Shown: one piece after another, positions 28,001 to 39,621 of the stretch
How the letters are laid out: each line of letters opens with the position of its first letter
Position numbering within the stretch: position 1 is the stretch's first letter
Assembly: GCA_000165425.1 (NCBI GenBank)
Contig: CT868074.1
Location: 1-64,000, forward strand
Direction: 5' to 3'
Source: Paramecium tetraurelia
Taxonomy: Eukaryota
Length of the DNA stretch: 64,000 nt
The notes under the pieces: generated by a model
Told to the model about the DNA's origin: nothing
Databases searched by the model: none
What the model saw: only the letters and a program-made list of their open reading frames with translations
Translations under genes and position numbers: made by a program

Positions 28001-28460
28001 ATAATATAAAATTACTTCCCGAATTTTGTGAAGTATCATCCCTTCTTGAAAAACTTCTTTGAGACCTACAAAAACAAACAATATAGAATTAGTCAAAAAT
28101 TCACAAAATTAAGAGAGTATCTAATACCATAAGCTCGTATGATTTTAGAGTTTAAAAAGTATAATTCATTTTTAATTTAGATTAAAACGATTAGAGTTAT
28201 CTTCAAAAAACACTGTTTCAAAAATGATAGATAAGGAACAACATGAAACTGAACAATTATTTTCTGCTGAAGTATTTAGTGTCAATAATCTAATCCATTT
28301 GAACACGTTATAACAAGTTCAAATAAAAAAAAATGAATTCTCATTTCCTAATACTAAATTAGAATAAACCTCATTTGCACTTTAATCCTAAAGAGATTAT
28401 GTTAAATAAAACTAAAACCCAGAGAAGGCATAATTAAATTTTGAGCAAAAAAATGATTGA
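19020..28460 (+). CDS. Giant (~3100 aa) membrane protein: signal peptide, ConA/LamG-like region, furin-like CxxC repeats, Pmp/pectin-lyase-like beta-helix, C-terminal multi-pass TM domain
   Basis: MLINIFDLMLFILLFQC; CHYSCLTCDGPTKYNCLTC; DGGAIY, FKNNVADFGGAIY and IENKAEIAGGIY; CIQGHIGALCEQC; WGYLYNEYRIHAYFWE. Several 22-27 nt introns; contains the 25882-26031 gap. Confidence 0.88.
25882..26031. other. Assembly gap (150 N) inside a CDS
   Basis: N run after GCCGGGGGGAGCCC. Confidence 1.
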
Positions 28461-29280
28461 TGTAAATATCTTCGCAAATAATATTTCCCAATTTTTTTTT
28501 CTTATAAATCATCCTGATCAACATATGCAATAATTTTTATTTAAAATTGAAATTTAATCTAATAATTGTAAGGTTTAGTATTAACTAAATTTAGACACAA
28601 AAAAATTAATATTATTTTTAAAATTAAATTGGTTTAAATGATTAAACAATTAACTTTTTAAAATATAATTATTTAGCTTATCAAATGAGTATTAATCTTT
28701 CAGTTTATTAAATTTATCATTTTTCATCACTATCCTTGATGATATAATTTGAGCTCAGTAAACCCTATTTAGATAATTATATTCAGGGATGAGATTCCAA
28801 AAATAGAAGCTACATTCTTTAATAAATCTTTTAATTAATCAACAACAATTATTATTATTATATTCATTCTACCTAATTGAAAAAATATTCTTAACAACTA
28901 CTAATTAAAGCATCATGTGTATGTAAAATTTAATGAAATCTCAAAAGTGATCATAAATTTTCAAATTTATAATAAATTTGATTTCGCAATTATTTAATAA
29001 ATTTAGAAAGTAGATATTTTAGATGTCAATTAGTAGTAGAAATTATTCATTAGTTAGGTTTATAAGTTTCTTGTTAAAATTTGAGATTGATTTTTAGATT
29101 CCAAGTTTAGGTAATGGTCCTTACAATATGTTTATTTGAAAATTAATTGGGTCAATAGAGTGGAATTTTATAAGTAAAAAAATTTATGGCAAGTTTAAGA
29201 AATAAATACTTCAAAGCTTGTTTAATAATATTGATAATAAAAATAAATATGTGATTTGCAAAATTTAATAATTTTTCTTT

Positions 29281-29598
29281 TCAACTTTACCATCTTAAAG
29301 GAAATAGGATTGAAGTAGGTTTTTCTTATATGACCATTTAAAGAGGCAGTGATAGACAAATCCCTATGGTGATTCTGAAGATTGCCTTCTTCAGTTTGTC
29401 ATACAAATTTTGCGTGCTTGAATCTTCACCCACAAGACAAGATCTGTCTCCAAAAATGCCAAAGCAAAAGGGAGCTATTCCTGATCCTTACTCTATGGCT
29501 TCCTTTTAACATCTCTTTTCCTTGAAAGCAAGGTTAACCTAATTAGAAACTGGTTGCACAATATATTCACAAAAATTTTTTATATAAGGCATTTCCAT
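29281..29598 (-). CDS. Small hypothetical protein, 105 aa
   Basis: Open ATG..TGA frame in code 6 with GC above the flanks: MEMPYIKNFCEYIVQPVSNQ..GSGIAPFCFGIFGDRSCLVGED..RITIGICLSLPLQMVI. Confidence 0.5.
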
Positions 29599-30389
29599 AC
29601 TTTTTTTTTTTTTATATACATAAATTAAATAAAACTAAAATATTAGTGAATTATAAAGATAATTATAAGGAATCAAAATGTATTAGAGTATTTGGGATAC
29701 ATAAACACAGTACTCTATCGAAGACTCTTATAATCTACCCAATAACTTTGCTTCCAATTACATAAATTTATCAAAAACTATATAAAATGTAAGTAAAATA
29801 TGTATTTAAAAATAAAAATGCACTTGAAAATACATTTGCTTAAAAATAAAATTCAAAATTAGCAAATACATCATTACTTATCAGAGTGGAGAATAAAATA
29901 TATGACTATAAATGGGAGCTTAACATTTCCTAAGTTAGACTTTTAATAAAGTCAACTTATAAGAGAACCCCAAAATTATGACTTCAAGCAGCTCTTCAAA
30001 TCTGCCTATACAGAGCATCCTTATTGAGAAAGACATCATTTTAGAACTAATATATTTGTGATGCTTAGTTGGAATGATCGATACTCCTCTCACATTTCAA
30101 GATCTATATCAAACCTAATACAACAAATTTTTAACAAAGTTTCTAGTTGAAGAGATTAAGCATATCAAAATGCCTTTTAAATTTTGTTTGATTTAGAATA
30201 AATTACTCAATCTTGTACTATTATTAAACTGTATTTTGTGTTATTGGATTTACTGAAGAGGATAACATTAGTAAGTTGAATTAATCTACTCTCTTAATTG
30301 TTTGAAAAACTTATTATAATTTAAATGACTTTTAGTTCTTAAATCATCATTAAATTAAATCGGTTAATCTTTTTATAAATGTATATTGT

Positions 30390-33300
30390 TCATTAATCAT
30401 ATTAAATTTCATAGACTTTGAATTTGGGGTTTGGTTGTCCAATCCATGTCACTAAATACTTTCCATTCTTAGAGATATTAAAGACTTTTGTATTTTCATT
30501 GCAATTTATGGAATTCTTTGGAATATTCTATAATTATAGACTAAATTGTGTAATAAAAAATATCTTTTAAGGATTTTTAATAATGAATAATTACCTCATT
30601 TCATTATAAACCAATTCGTAAGGGCTATTGCAAATCTTTTAGTGGCTATTAATGTCAGATCTTAAGTTATGGCTATAGAAGTTTTCATTATTCTTTTTGA
30701 TGAATTCTTCTATTTTTCCATTAGAAGTAAAAGTAATTATTTTGTCATTAGATTAAAAAAAAGCACTTAAGATTCTCGAACCTGAAGCATCAATTGACTA
30801 TGTGAAATTCCATAATCCTCTCTAATTTTTTGTCCAAATTATAATTTGATCATCTTCATCACATGATACCATAGTATCATGCGATTTACTTAAGCTTGCA
30901 CAATTTACTTATTTATTATGTTTTAACAAATTTTATATTTCTTCAACTATGTTTTCTTGCTAAATTATTTTGTAGATCCCTATTTTTCCTGTTGAACTAC
31001 AACAAATCAATTAGTCTTCTGCCTCATTCATAATTAGGTATGTAATCTTGCTTGAATTTAATTTTTTGGTTAATTTCTGCTACCAACCTTAATTGTCATC
31101 GCTCAAGTTCCAACATATTAAAAAAGAGTCATCACTTTCAGATACTAAATAATTCCGCTTTTTGCTTATAATTATACTTCTTATATTTTGTTCATGTCCT
31201 TTAAGTACAATTTTATTATCAATCATCTTATCCTATTGGAAATCCCATACTTTTAGATTTTAACCTTGACCAGCAATTATTTTAGAATTATCAAAATTAA
31301 AAGTTAAAACTTAACATAATTCTTGTTATTCGAATTCATATAATAATTTATGGTTAATCTCTTGATATTTTGGAGGGATATCCAAACTGTCGTTGAATTT
31401 CTAAATTAGATTTTAGAATTGTTATTATTCTTATTTAAGTTTCATTTAAAACTATTTAACAAATAAAGCAATTTACTCTTACATTTCTTTTTTTTCATTT
31501 TCAATCAGAAAATTCTCAGTTGCATTCATATAATCAATCTCTTTTAATAGACTAAAATAGTTTAGTTATTCTATTTAATTCTTGATTCTTTCTTCAAACT
31601 TACAGACATTTAATTGAAATTGCTCTAAAAAAGATTATAAATTTTTCGATTCTTTCTTCAAATTTTCAATCATTGAATTAAAATCATCTAAGTAGTATGA
31701 CATAAGACCCTAAATTTAATCTCTAGCTTTCATTTTTCTCTTAAAAATTTATTCTTTTCGAAATTCCAATTTCTCACAACATATTTTATCCATTTCATTT
31801 AGACATTGATCACATCCTAATTTTTCTTAACCTTTCAACTACTCATCACAAAAGACATAAGTTGCTTCTACATTGTGCTTTAAGCATAAAATCTATTATT
31901 ATTTTTCTGTCATATACATTTTTCTATCATCTAAAACAATATGTTGGATATTAGATAAAGCAGGTAAAACAGATGATGCAACGAATCTATTTTCATTTGT
32001 TTCAACTGGCAGGTTTTTAATAAAGCCATAATATTAAATAGAATCTTAGGTAATTTCTTGTTAATAAGATTCGTCATTTTTATAAAAATTGTTCAATTTT
32101 TATGCAATCAGATTCTATTATTAATTCATGATAGATTGTTGTAACAACTTCTTTTGTTTTTCATCTTAAGCTTAATTCATTTAACAATCGCCTTATTCTT
32201 TCAAATCTTTTTCAATCTCGTAAATGCATTATTCGTTTTACTTTGTAAGTAATTTAAGATTCTCTAAATTCAAGCAATCACTATTTTCTTATTCCCTTTC
32301 TGATATGTGCAATTAAGAATTATTTCCAATTGAATTACATTTCTAACTCTCTTTCATTTGCACTATCATTTACTTTGATCCTTTTATCCCTTGCCTAAAT
32401 ATTCTAGCAAACCCTAATTCTTTTAATCTACTACTTTAAGGTAAAAATGACATGATCACATGTATCCCTCCATTCTGTTCTAATTGTGCATTTATTTTTG
32501 TAATTATTAATAAAATCAATTGATATGTTGCAATATTTGTACTATAAGGTTCAATTTCAATTTTAGAGATCTTATCATTTTCTGTATATTTGATGATCTT
32601 TTAAGACCTAGATATTTCTCTATATATTTTATTCATTTCACCTTCACTTTAAGCAATGATCAACACAGCTTTATTATTTTATTTTTATTCTTATACTGCA
32701 TTAATAATATTATTAAACCATTCATGTTCAGATTTCATTGTTATTCCTTGTAATTCATCTATGGGATTTTGTGAATGAGCAGAAATTTATACACAGTCAA
32801 GATTGTACTTCTTTGCTAAAAAACTTTACTCTTCTGATCCTAAAAATCCTGTTAATCCCAACAATCTTTCTTAATAAAATAAAATATTTTATTAAAACTT
32901 AGTTTTAATTTGAATATATGAATCCGTTGAAGTGCCTACAGGAAATAAAGAATCTATCTCATCATTCAAAATAATATAGCCTTATACTCCATATTTATTA
33001 CTCTTTTGATGGCTCAAAACATCTCCATAAATGACTTAATTTTAATAACTAGAGCTCATTTATTCAGAATGCCCAATTTAGTCATTGATATTATAGGAAA
33101 CTGAAACATTACATAAATTATAAAATTATGTTAATTCTTTGGATTTTTGAATAGCCAAAGAATTTGAACCGATTATGATATAGACATTCTTTAGCTTTTT
33201 CTTTACTAATAGTATTGCTAGGAGGGCTGTAATCAAAGTTTTCCCTTCTCCAGGAGAAATTTCTGCTATTCTTCCTTTCGACCCATGCTCATATAGTTCT

Positions 33301-33860
33301 AGGACAACTAATAGTTAAGAGGGTTGAAGAACTTATTGAAATTGTTTTTTAACCAAATTCCAGAGAAGAATTGTGTCTTCTAACTCAATAGAGGAAGATG
33401 AAGAAAAATTCTATGTTTCATTAAATTACTAATCTTGTAATAGATGTAAAATAGTCTTTTTAATCTAGTTGATTGAATTTTCATTTTTACTTGTTTTCAG
33501 AGATTCCAACTTGTTTAAATAGGTAATATAATCATCATCCATATAAATTAGCTGTAAAAATTCAGCATTATTGTAAAAGTCAAATCCAAAGGCATGTTAA
33601 ATAATTGGAGAAAGGTGTTGATTTTTTTCAATGTACTCAATAATTGATTGTGAGTCTTTCTCATTTATTTTTTTTTCTTTGGTCAAATTTTTCACAAAGT
33701 TAATTTACTCTATTTATGTTAATACTTTGTTTTACTCTTTAGGTAAGAAATTTTATTGCATATCTACTTATGATAAATATGTGAGTTTTTTTGTTAATTA
33801 TTAATTTATACCAAAATGAATGATAGAATAATAAATATTTATTTTAATTGAACTAATCAT
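30390..33860 (-). CDS. SecA-like DEAD ATPase fused to Cys/His knuckle, coiled coil and WD40 repeats (~1156 aa, intronless)
   Basis: One continuous frame of 3471 nt. GRIAEISPGEGKTL (Walker A at 33237-33251), IILNDEIDS, FQQNILFYQERLLGLTG, NGGIHVI..RQGIKGS; then CLKH..LGCDQC, a coiled coil, and WD40 (LKVWD, LKGHEQNIRSI, GKYLVTW). Start could alternatively be ATG 33761 or 33911. Confidence 0.85.
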
Positions 33861-33943
33861 ATATAAATTATTTGATTGTATTTTTTTTGGCACAACTTTA
33901 GTTGTCACCATAATTTTGTTGTTGATATATTTTAAATATAATC

Positions 33944-35031
33944 TCATGATAATTTAGGAAATTCCTACTCATTATTTGTATCCACCTTCTGTTATTGTTT
34001 TTAGACAACTTTTGGAACAACGCCCTTTTGAACAAACTCAGTATCAGGTGCATTTTCATAAAATGATCTTTTCTCCTTAATCAATTCAATAGTTTAGTCA
34101 ATTTAAGTTGAATAAAATGGAACAGCCACTTTAATTTGATCGAAATATTGGAAAGTTGTTAAATCATGTTACAGGAATTATTCCTAAAAATAAGAATCAT
34201 TATAAATACCCCTTCCTTCTTTTCAAACTTTGTGAAGTAAGCAATCAAACTATCGCACAACTCTAAAATAAATAATACAATAATTTACTTATTAAGTGTT
34301 CTCTTAGTGTTTCATTATTTCCTTCATAACCTGACTCCTCCGTTATTTATTCTTCTTCATCTTCGATTTCTTGAAGGTTATTAGGATCATCTATTGCTAT
34401 AACATTGAAATGTCTTTCAATCTTTTTGGTATGCTTTTCTTCTGTCTTTTTGATCCTATCAATCTTTTAGAGGATATAGTCTCTGTGTTTTTAAAGATCT
34501 TCTGGATTCTCAAATTGATCCTTCATTTTAATGTAGGCTTAGATAAGGACTAAAACTCTTTAAGCAACTCCAAATTAGAATTGAATCTTCTCTCTCTCTT
34601 TGTTAATTATGAATTTTAAATTTTTTTGATTTTGTGTTATGTTATCTTTTGTTTACTATAACTCTTTCTTGATTTGATGGTACTTGGCGTGATCTTCAGA
34701 ATATTTTGCTAGCATCTATCTCAGAACTTGCAATTTTGAAGCAGCAAATTCAAATTCATCATGAACTAATTTAGTGCTGCCTAAACTTAATTGTTTTTAA
34801 GAGTCTGAAGCTTCTTAAAATAGCAATTCTACTTGTTGCTAATGAAATAGATGAAAAATTTACTAAAGCCTATCCAAACAGATCAATTTCCTTTTGTATA
34901 GCAGCTGTCCACTCCTTGCTTTTTAATTCATCAAGAGTCTTGTTTGGATGAATTTCTGGATGTGCCAATGCTACTTTTGAGGGCTTCTTCTATTTTTGAC
35001 TAGTTTTTGGCTGTTGAATATAATGATTCAT
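33944..35031 (-). CDS. Bfr1/proton-pump-interactor (PPI1)-like coiled-coil protein
   Basis: Three introns (25, 26, 26 nt) give a 336-aa frame. C-terminus ELCDSLIAYF..HDLTTFQYFDQIKVAVPFYSTQIDQTIELIKEKRSFY..EFPKLS resembles Bfr1/PPI1. The middle looks divergent. Confidence 0.55.
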
Positions 35032-35349
35032 AAAATAAATTAATTGGATATGGTAATGATAATCAACGCATTATTATATTGAATTTATTAATCTATTTTT
35101 TTTTAAATACCTAGCCAATTAATTTCAATTTCTGTAACAGTGTTATTCGCATAAATTGTGTTGCTTTATGTAAATAAGATTTAATTAAAAATAATAATTT
35201 AAATCCATTCACATTTTTTGTGAAAATCTGATTGGTTAAGGTTCTGCAATAAATAAATTATTCCTTCATTAAAATTTTATCTAATTATTAAGACTTATAA
35301 AAACTCTCATTTAATAATTTACAGCAAATTGAAAATTCCAATGTAATTT

Positions 35350-35595
35350 TTTACAATGCTCCTTTGTTATGATAAATTCACTTAATATAATCTCTTGGTG
35401 AAAATTATTCATTTTTTCTATTTCTCACCAGAAATCATCAATTGATCGATTGGCTTTGGTTCAAATAAATCTCAGCTCTCAGAGTTCTATGGAATGACTG
35501 CTTGATTTTTCTAATAAATCAACCACCTAATAGGGTCGCTAAATTTCAACCACCTTATAGGGTCGTTAAATTTCAATTTGATTAGAGTTGCCCAT
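35350..35595 (-). pseudogene. Remnant starting MGNSNQ, with a 27-bp in-frame duplication and premature TGA
   Basis: ATG GGC AAC TCT.. reads MGNSNQIEIQRPYKVVEIQRPYQVVDLLEK, then TGA codons or a frameshift. Repeat units at 35519-35545 and 35546-35572. Confidence 0.45.
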
Positions 35596-35986
35596 AATTA
35601 TATATTTTATTAAATAAATGTTAAGACCCAAATTTTATAATATCAATTTGTAATATAAGGTGAAGATACATTAATGTTTTTATGAATAAATAGAAAATAG
35701 TATATTCACAAATTTCATCCCAAGATTGAGAATTAATAATAAGAGACAAAAGTTCCTTAGAAATGTTGTTAATTTTGGAAATTTCGTCAGTATGGAGATC
35801 CATTTGCATATCATTTGGAATGGCTTTCAACCTAAGCTGATTTAATATTTATAGAGAATGAATACAACATATAAAGAATTAGAATTCAGAGTTTATGTGA
35901 GAGTATTTTAAATATTCAAATTCATAGATAATTATGTATTATTATAGATTTGAGATCTTATAAAAGTCAATCATCTGATATAGAAT

Positions 35987-36838
35987 TCAAATAATCCCTA
36001 AAAACAACAAGATTATTCCATATGATAAAAGCAGAAACATCTAGTTTTTACAAATTTCGCATTTTTCGCTATCTGGATTCCAAGCATATGAATATATGGT
36101 GTACGACAAGCACTAATTTTATTTTAATTTTTCTATATCTAAATTAGAACATTAGTTTTCTTTCCAAGTACACAATGTAACATTTTTCTAATCAAAGGAA
36201 AGATAATATTGGCAATTCTCCTCTGATAATTTAGAACAATCTAAGGATTTGCATGAACCATCCCAATAACAAGTACTCTTATCGCAAGTCTATTTTGTGT
36301 TATAATCAGCACAATTATTTATTTTTCTTGTTTCACAAGTTTTTGTTTACAAATTTTTGACACATAATAGATCTTCATCAGTTACAAGCCATTTACAGCT
36401 TTCATATGGAATTTTATCGCAATTGACAATACTCTTTGCGGAATCATTACTTCTGTCCATGCATTTGATATTCATAGATATAAAATCAATTGAATCAGGA
36501 TCAGCTTAGCATTTTATTAATTCATAACATCTATCAGCATAAGAAGCTGGAAAACTAAAATCAGAACAAGCTTTAAAATCTTCGCATTTACCAATTGTGT
36601 AATTCCAAACACAGTTAAATGGCTCTGGAACTGCTTGGCAATCGCCTTTAGTAAATTCTTCGCATTTTTTATTTTAGCACTCCTCATTTTCAATATCCCA
36701 ATTACAAAAATCTCGAAAACAATCTTATGGTGTTTTTAAGTTTTCACAGGTGCACTAATAAAATTAGGAGAGACTCAAAGTTGTGATTGACTATCCATTA
36801 ACCAATAATAGAAATCCAATCAAGTAATAGTAGATCAT
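35987..36838 (-). CDS. Cys-rich mini-antigen-like GPI-anchored surface protein, 283 aa
   Basis: Signal peptide MIYYYLIGFLLLVNG; periodic C..W..C repeats (CTCENLKTPQDCFRDFCNWD); hydrophobic tail MFLLLSYGIILLFLGII. Confidence 0.85.
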
Positions 36839-37172
36839 AATTTACTTTATATTACAATTTGGAAATATTATAACTTCAAACTATTAAAGGAATAAAATAT
36901 TAATAGATGAAAAATTATTCTACTTGATATTGGACTGGAGAGAATCTAATATCCGATTATTTTCATTTAACTTAATCTGAGATACGTAAAATAAATAGAG
37001 TAGAAAATTTTATAAAGAATTAAAATTAACCTTTAAATAGCAATAATCTATTATTCCTATTAAAGTAAATAATTAATACGAGTAATAAGAGAGGGAAACA
37101 ATAAATTAAATAAAATCCAATAACAATCTATCAAATTGCTATAAAAAAAATTAAATACATATTATATCTCAG

Positions 37173-39326
37173 TCATAAATTGTACTTTCTAACTTGTATT
37201 TCTTTTTATTTATCATCCCAAGTAATTAAATATTCACCATCATTGCTTAATGTACCAAATAGCTTTTTGGAATGAAATTCAATAGAAAAATCAAGGGTTA
37301 ATTCTGAATTAGGATGCATACTTAAAAAATTTAGGCTTGACCCGTTTTTGTTTACTAACAACTATTTTTATTTTATGAATTATTAAGGGAATAGACTATC
37401 ACAATCCTCTCCATTTTAAACTGAAACTTCTTTAGTCTTAGTGTATTATCCATTATTCATATCATAAATATATAATTTATTAAAATTTCTTGGTTAGAAA
37501 CAAAATGCACTGTTATTTATGAAACAAACTCTTATTCCAAATTACTCATTCATAATTGTTTAACAAAGATTCCAAGTATCATTTTACAATTTAAAAACCA
37601 ATATTTTATTATCCCTTCCGCTTGAAACTAATATATTTGACTACTCATTTAGACATAAGCCATAAACAATATTGGTATGATCTCTGATAGTTTATTTACA
37701 CATCCATAGTTTTTCTAGTGCCCAGATTTTAATAGTATTATCTGCACTTCCAGATATTATAAGGTCTTCTTTTCTCGAGTATATCAGACAAAATATACTA
37801 CTCTAATGGAAATCTAAATTTTATACGCAAGCCCAATAATTTGTTTTTTTTCTTTCCCAAATTTTAATAGATTAATCTTAACTCCCAGAAATAAAATTAT
37901 TAGATTTTTTAAAAAAAGTCAAACAATAAACATCACCTGAATGTTAATTAATGATTGTTTGAATAGGTATTAATTATCCATAATTCAATTAGAATATCTA
38001 TATTCTCTTCCTACATGCAGCAATTACAAGTGAGGAATCTTTATTAATAGAAAGTGCATAACAAGTCTCACATTGTTTGATTGAGCATTATTACAATAGT
38101 TAATATTTAACAACCTTTTTTTATTCTTAGTTTGTAATTATTTATTATGTTTCTCTCTTGCTAACTTCAGCTTTCCTCTCATTTGTGTTAATTAGTTCTT
38201 ATTCCAAAAGTTAATCACCAGACTTTAATCTCTTTAAGATATCTTAACAATTTATGATTAAACAATCAAAATTTTTTTTCTGAATTTCCTCTAAACTTTA
38301 CAAGTCCTCTTTTAATTTATCATCTACCTATTCTATGTAATTTGGTTAACTCAGTATGTTTACAATTGTACTCATTCCTTATAAGTTGTCAGCTGACCAT
38401 ATTTCTTAAGTTGTCTTTTTTTTTTATCTAATATTATCTATTTAAATATTAAATTTCTGGTTCTACTCTCTTTTGTGTTGCTATATCAATTATGAGATTT
38501 TATTTTCGAAATCCTCTAGTGATTTGTTTTTGGCTTCTTATTATTGAATAGTCTATTCAATTTTCATATCAAAGCTTTTTACTAGATTTGAATAGTAGAT
38601 TGACTTTAACTCAAGAACTCTTTCAATTCTTGTAAATTTGATTTAATGTTGCTCAACACAAGACAAGCAAACCAATCTGCTTTGTATTGTACTCTTCTCA
38701 TTTAAGTCTGCCATAACTATGCTGCTTTTATGTATTTTACATTATAAATCGATTATATTTTGTTTTACCAGATTTGATTATGCTAACTTTGGAGGTACGA
38801 TATTTTAATCCTAACTTAATTTATTTATTTTTTCTTGTAATTTGTTGAAGAATTCTTTTGAGTCTAGTATACTCAGTTAGGTCTAGAGATTCTTTTTTAT
38901 CTCTGAAAGGTTAGGAGTATCACTTGCAAGTTGTTTACATGATTTACTAAATAATTGAGAGTCAGCCAAAGAGAGTTTCTTTATTGTATGAGAAAACTTC
39001 GCCATTTAGGTTTGGAATAACCCCCCGTATTGATCAATAGTCTCTATATATTTGTTAAACGAAGTCTTAAATTGGTTTTCAAACGAAAACAGATCTTATT
39101 TTATCTCCTCTAAAATTGACATACTGTTTTAATATTCTAACTCTTTTTCCTCCTGCATTTCGGTTTATTGTCTCTTTAATTCTAATTGCCTGTCCTCTAT
39201 CAATATCAAATTATTGTCCATTTGGACTATGCAATTTTTGCACAGATTTCTTTAATTTGGATCAGACTAATTTGGCCTCTAGAATATAACTGATTCGTTG
39301 TGAATAGGACACTTCTTTCTCTCCAT
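37173..39326 (-). CDS. Two Cys/His knuckles + coiled coil + WD40 repeats, 717 aa (paralog of 9020-11232)
   Basis: CPIH..LCKNC and CKIH..VCLSC; ISGSQDQSIKIW, ISGSADNTIKIW; ends GTLSNDGEYLITWDDKQKEIQVRKYNL. Intronless, 2154 nt. Confidence 0.9.
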
Positions 39327-39621
39327 TAGAATAATATTTTTAAATAAATATAAAAATTCCTATAATTTGAAAACATTTCTATTACTCCTTCTTGATGCTT
39401 TTAGTTACGATATTGAATTTAAAACCAAATTTTAGCATCAACTGAGAATAGATGAATTTCTTCCCATTTATTTTTTTATTTGAATGAATGAAAATAAATT
39501 CAAATTTTTCTCATTCACTCAATTAACTATTCAATTAATACCCCAAATATTGTATGTGAGAGAAACTTAGGTTATCTTATTATAGTATATTATCATTATA
39601 TACAAATAGAAATATAAATTT

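Noticed and set aside
35519..35576. CRISPR-like repeat
   Set aside because: Only two adjacent 27-bp copies with no spacer; it is an in-frame coding duplication in a eukaryote.
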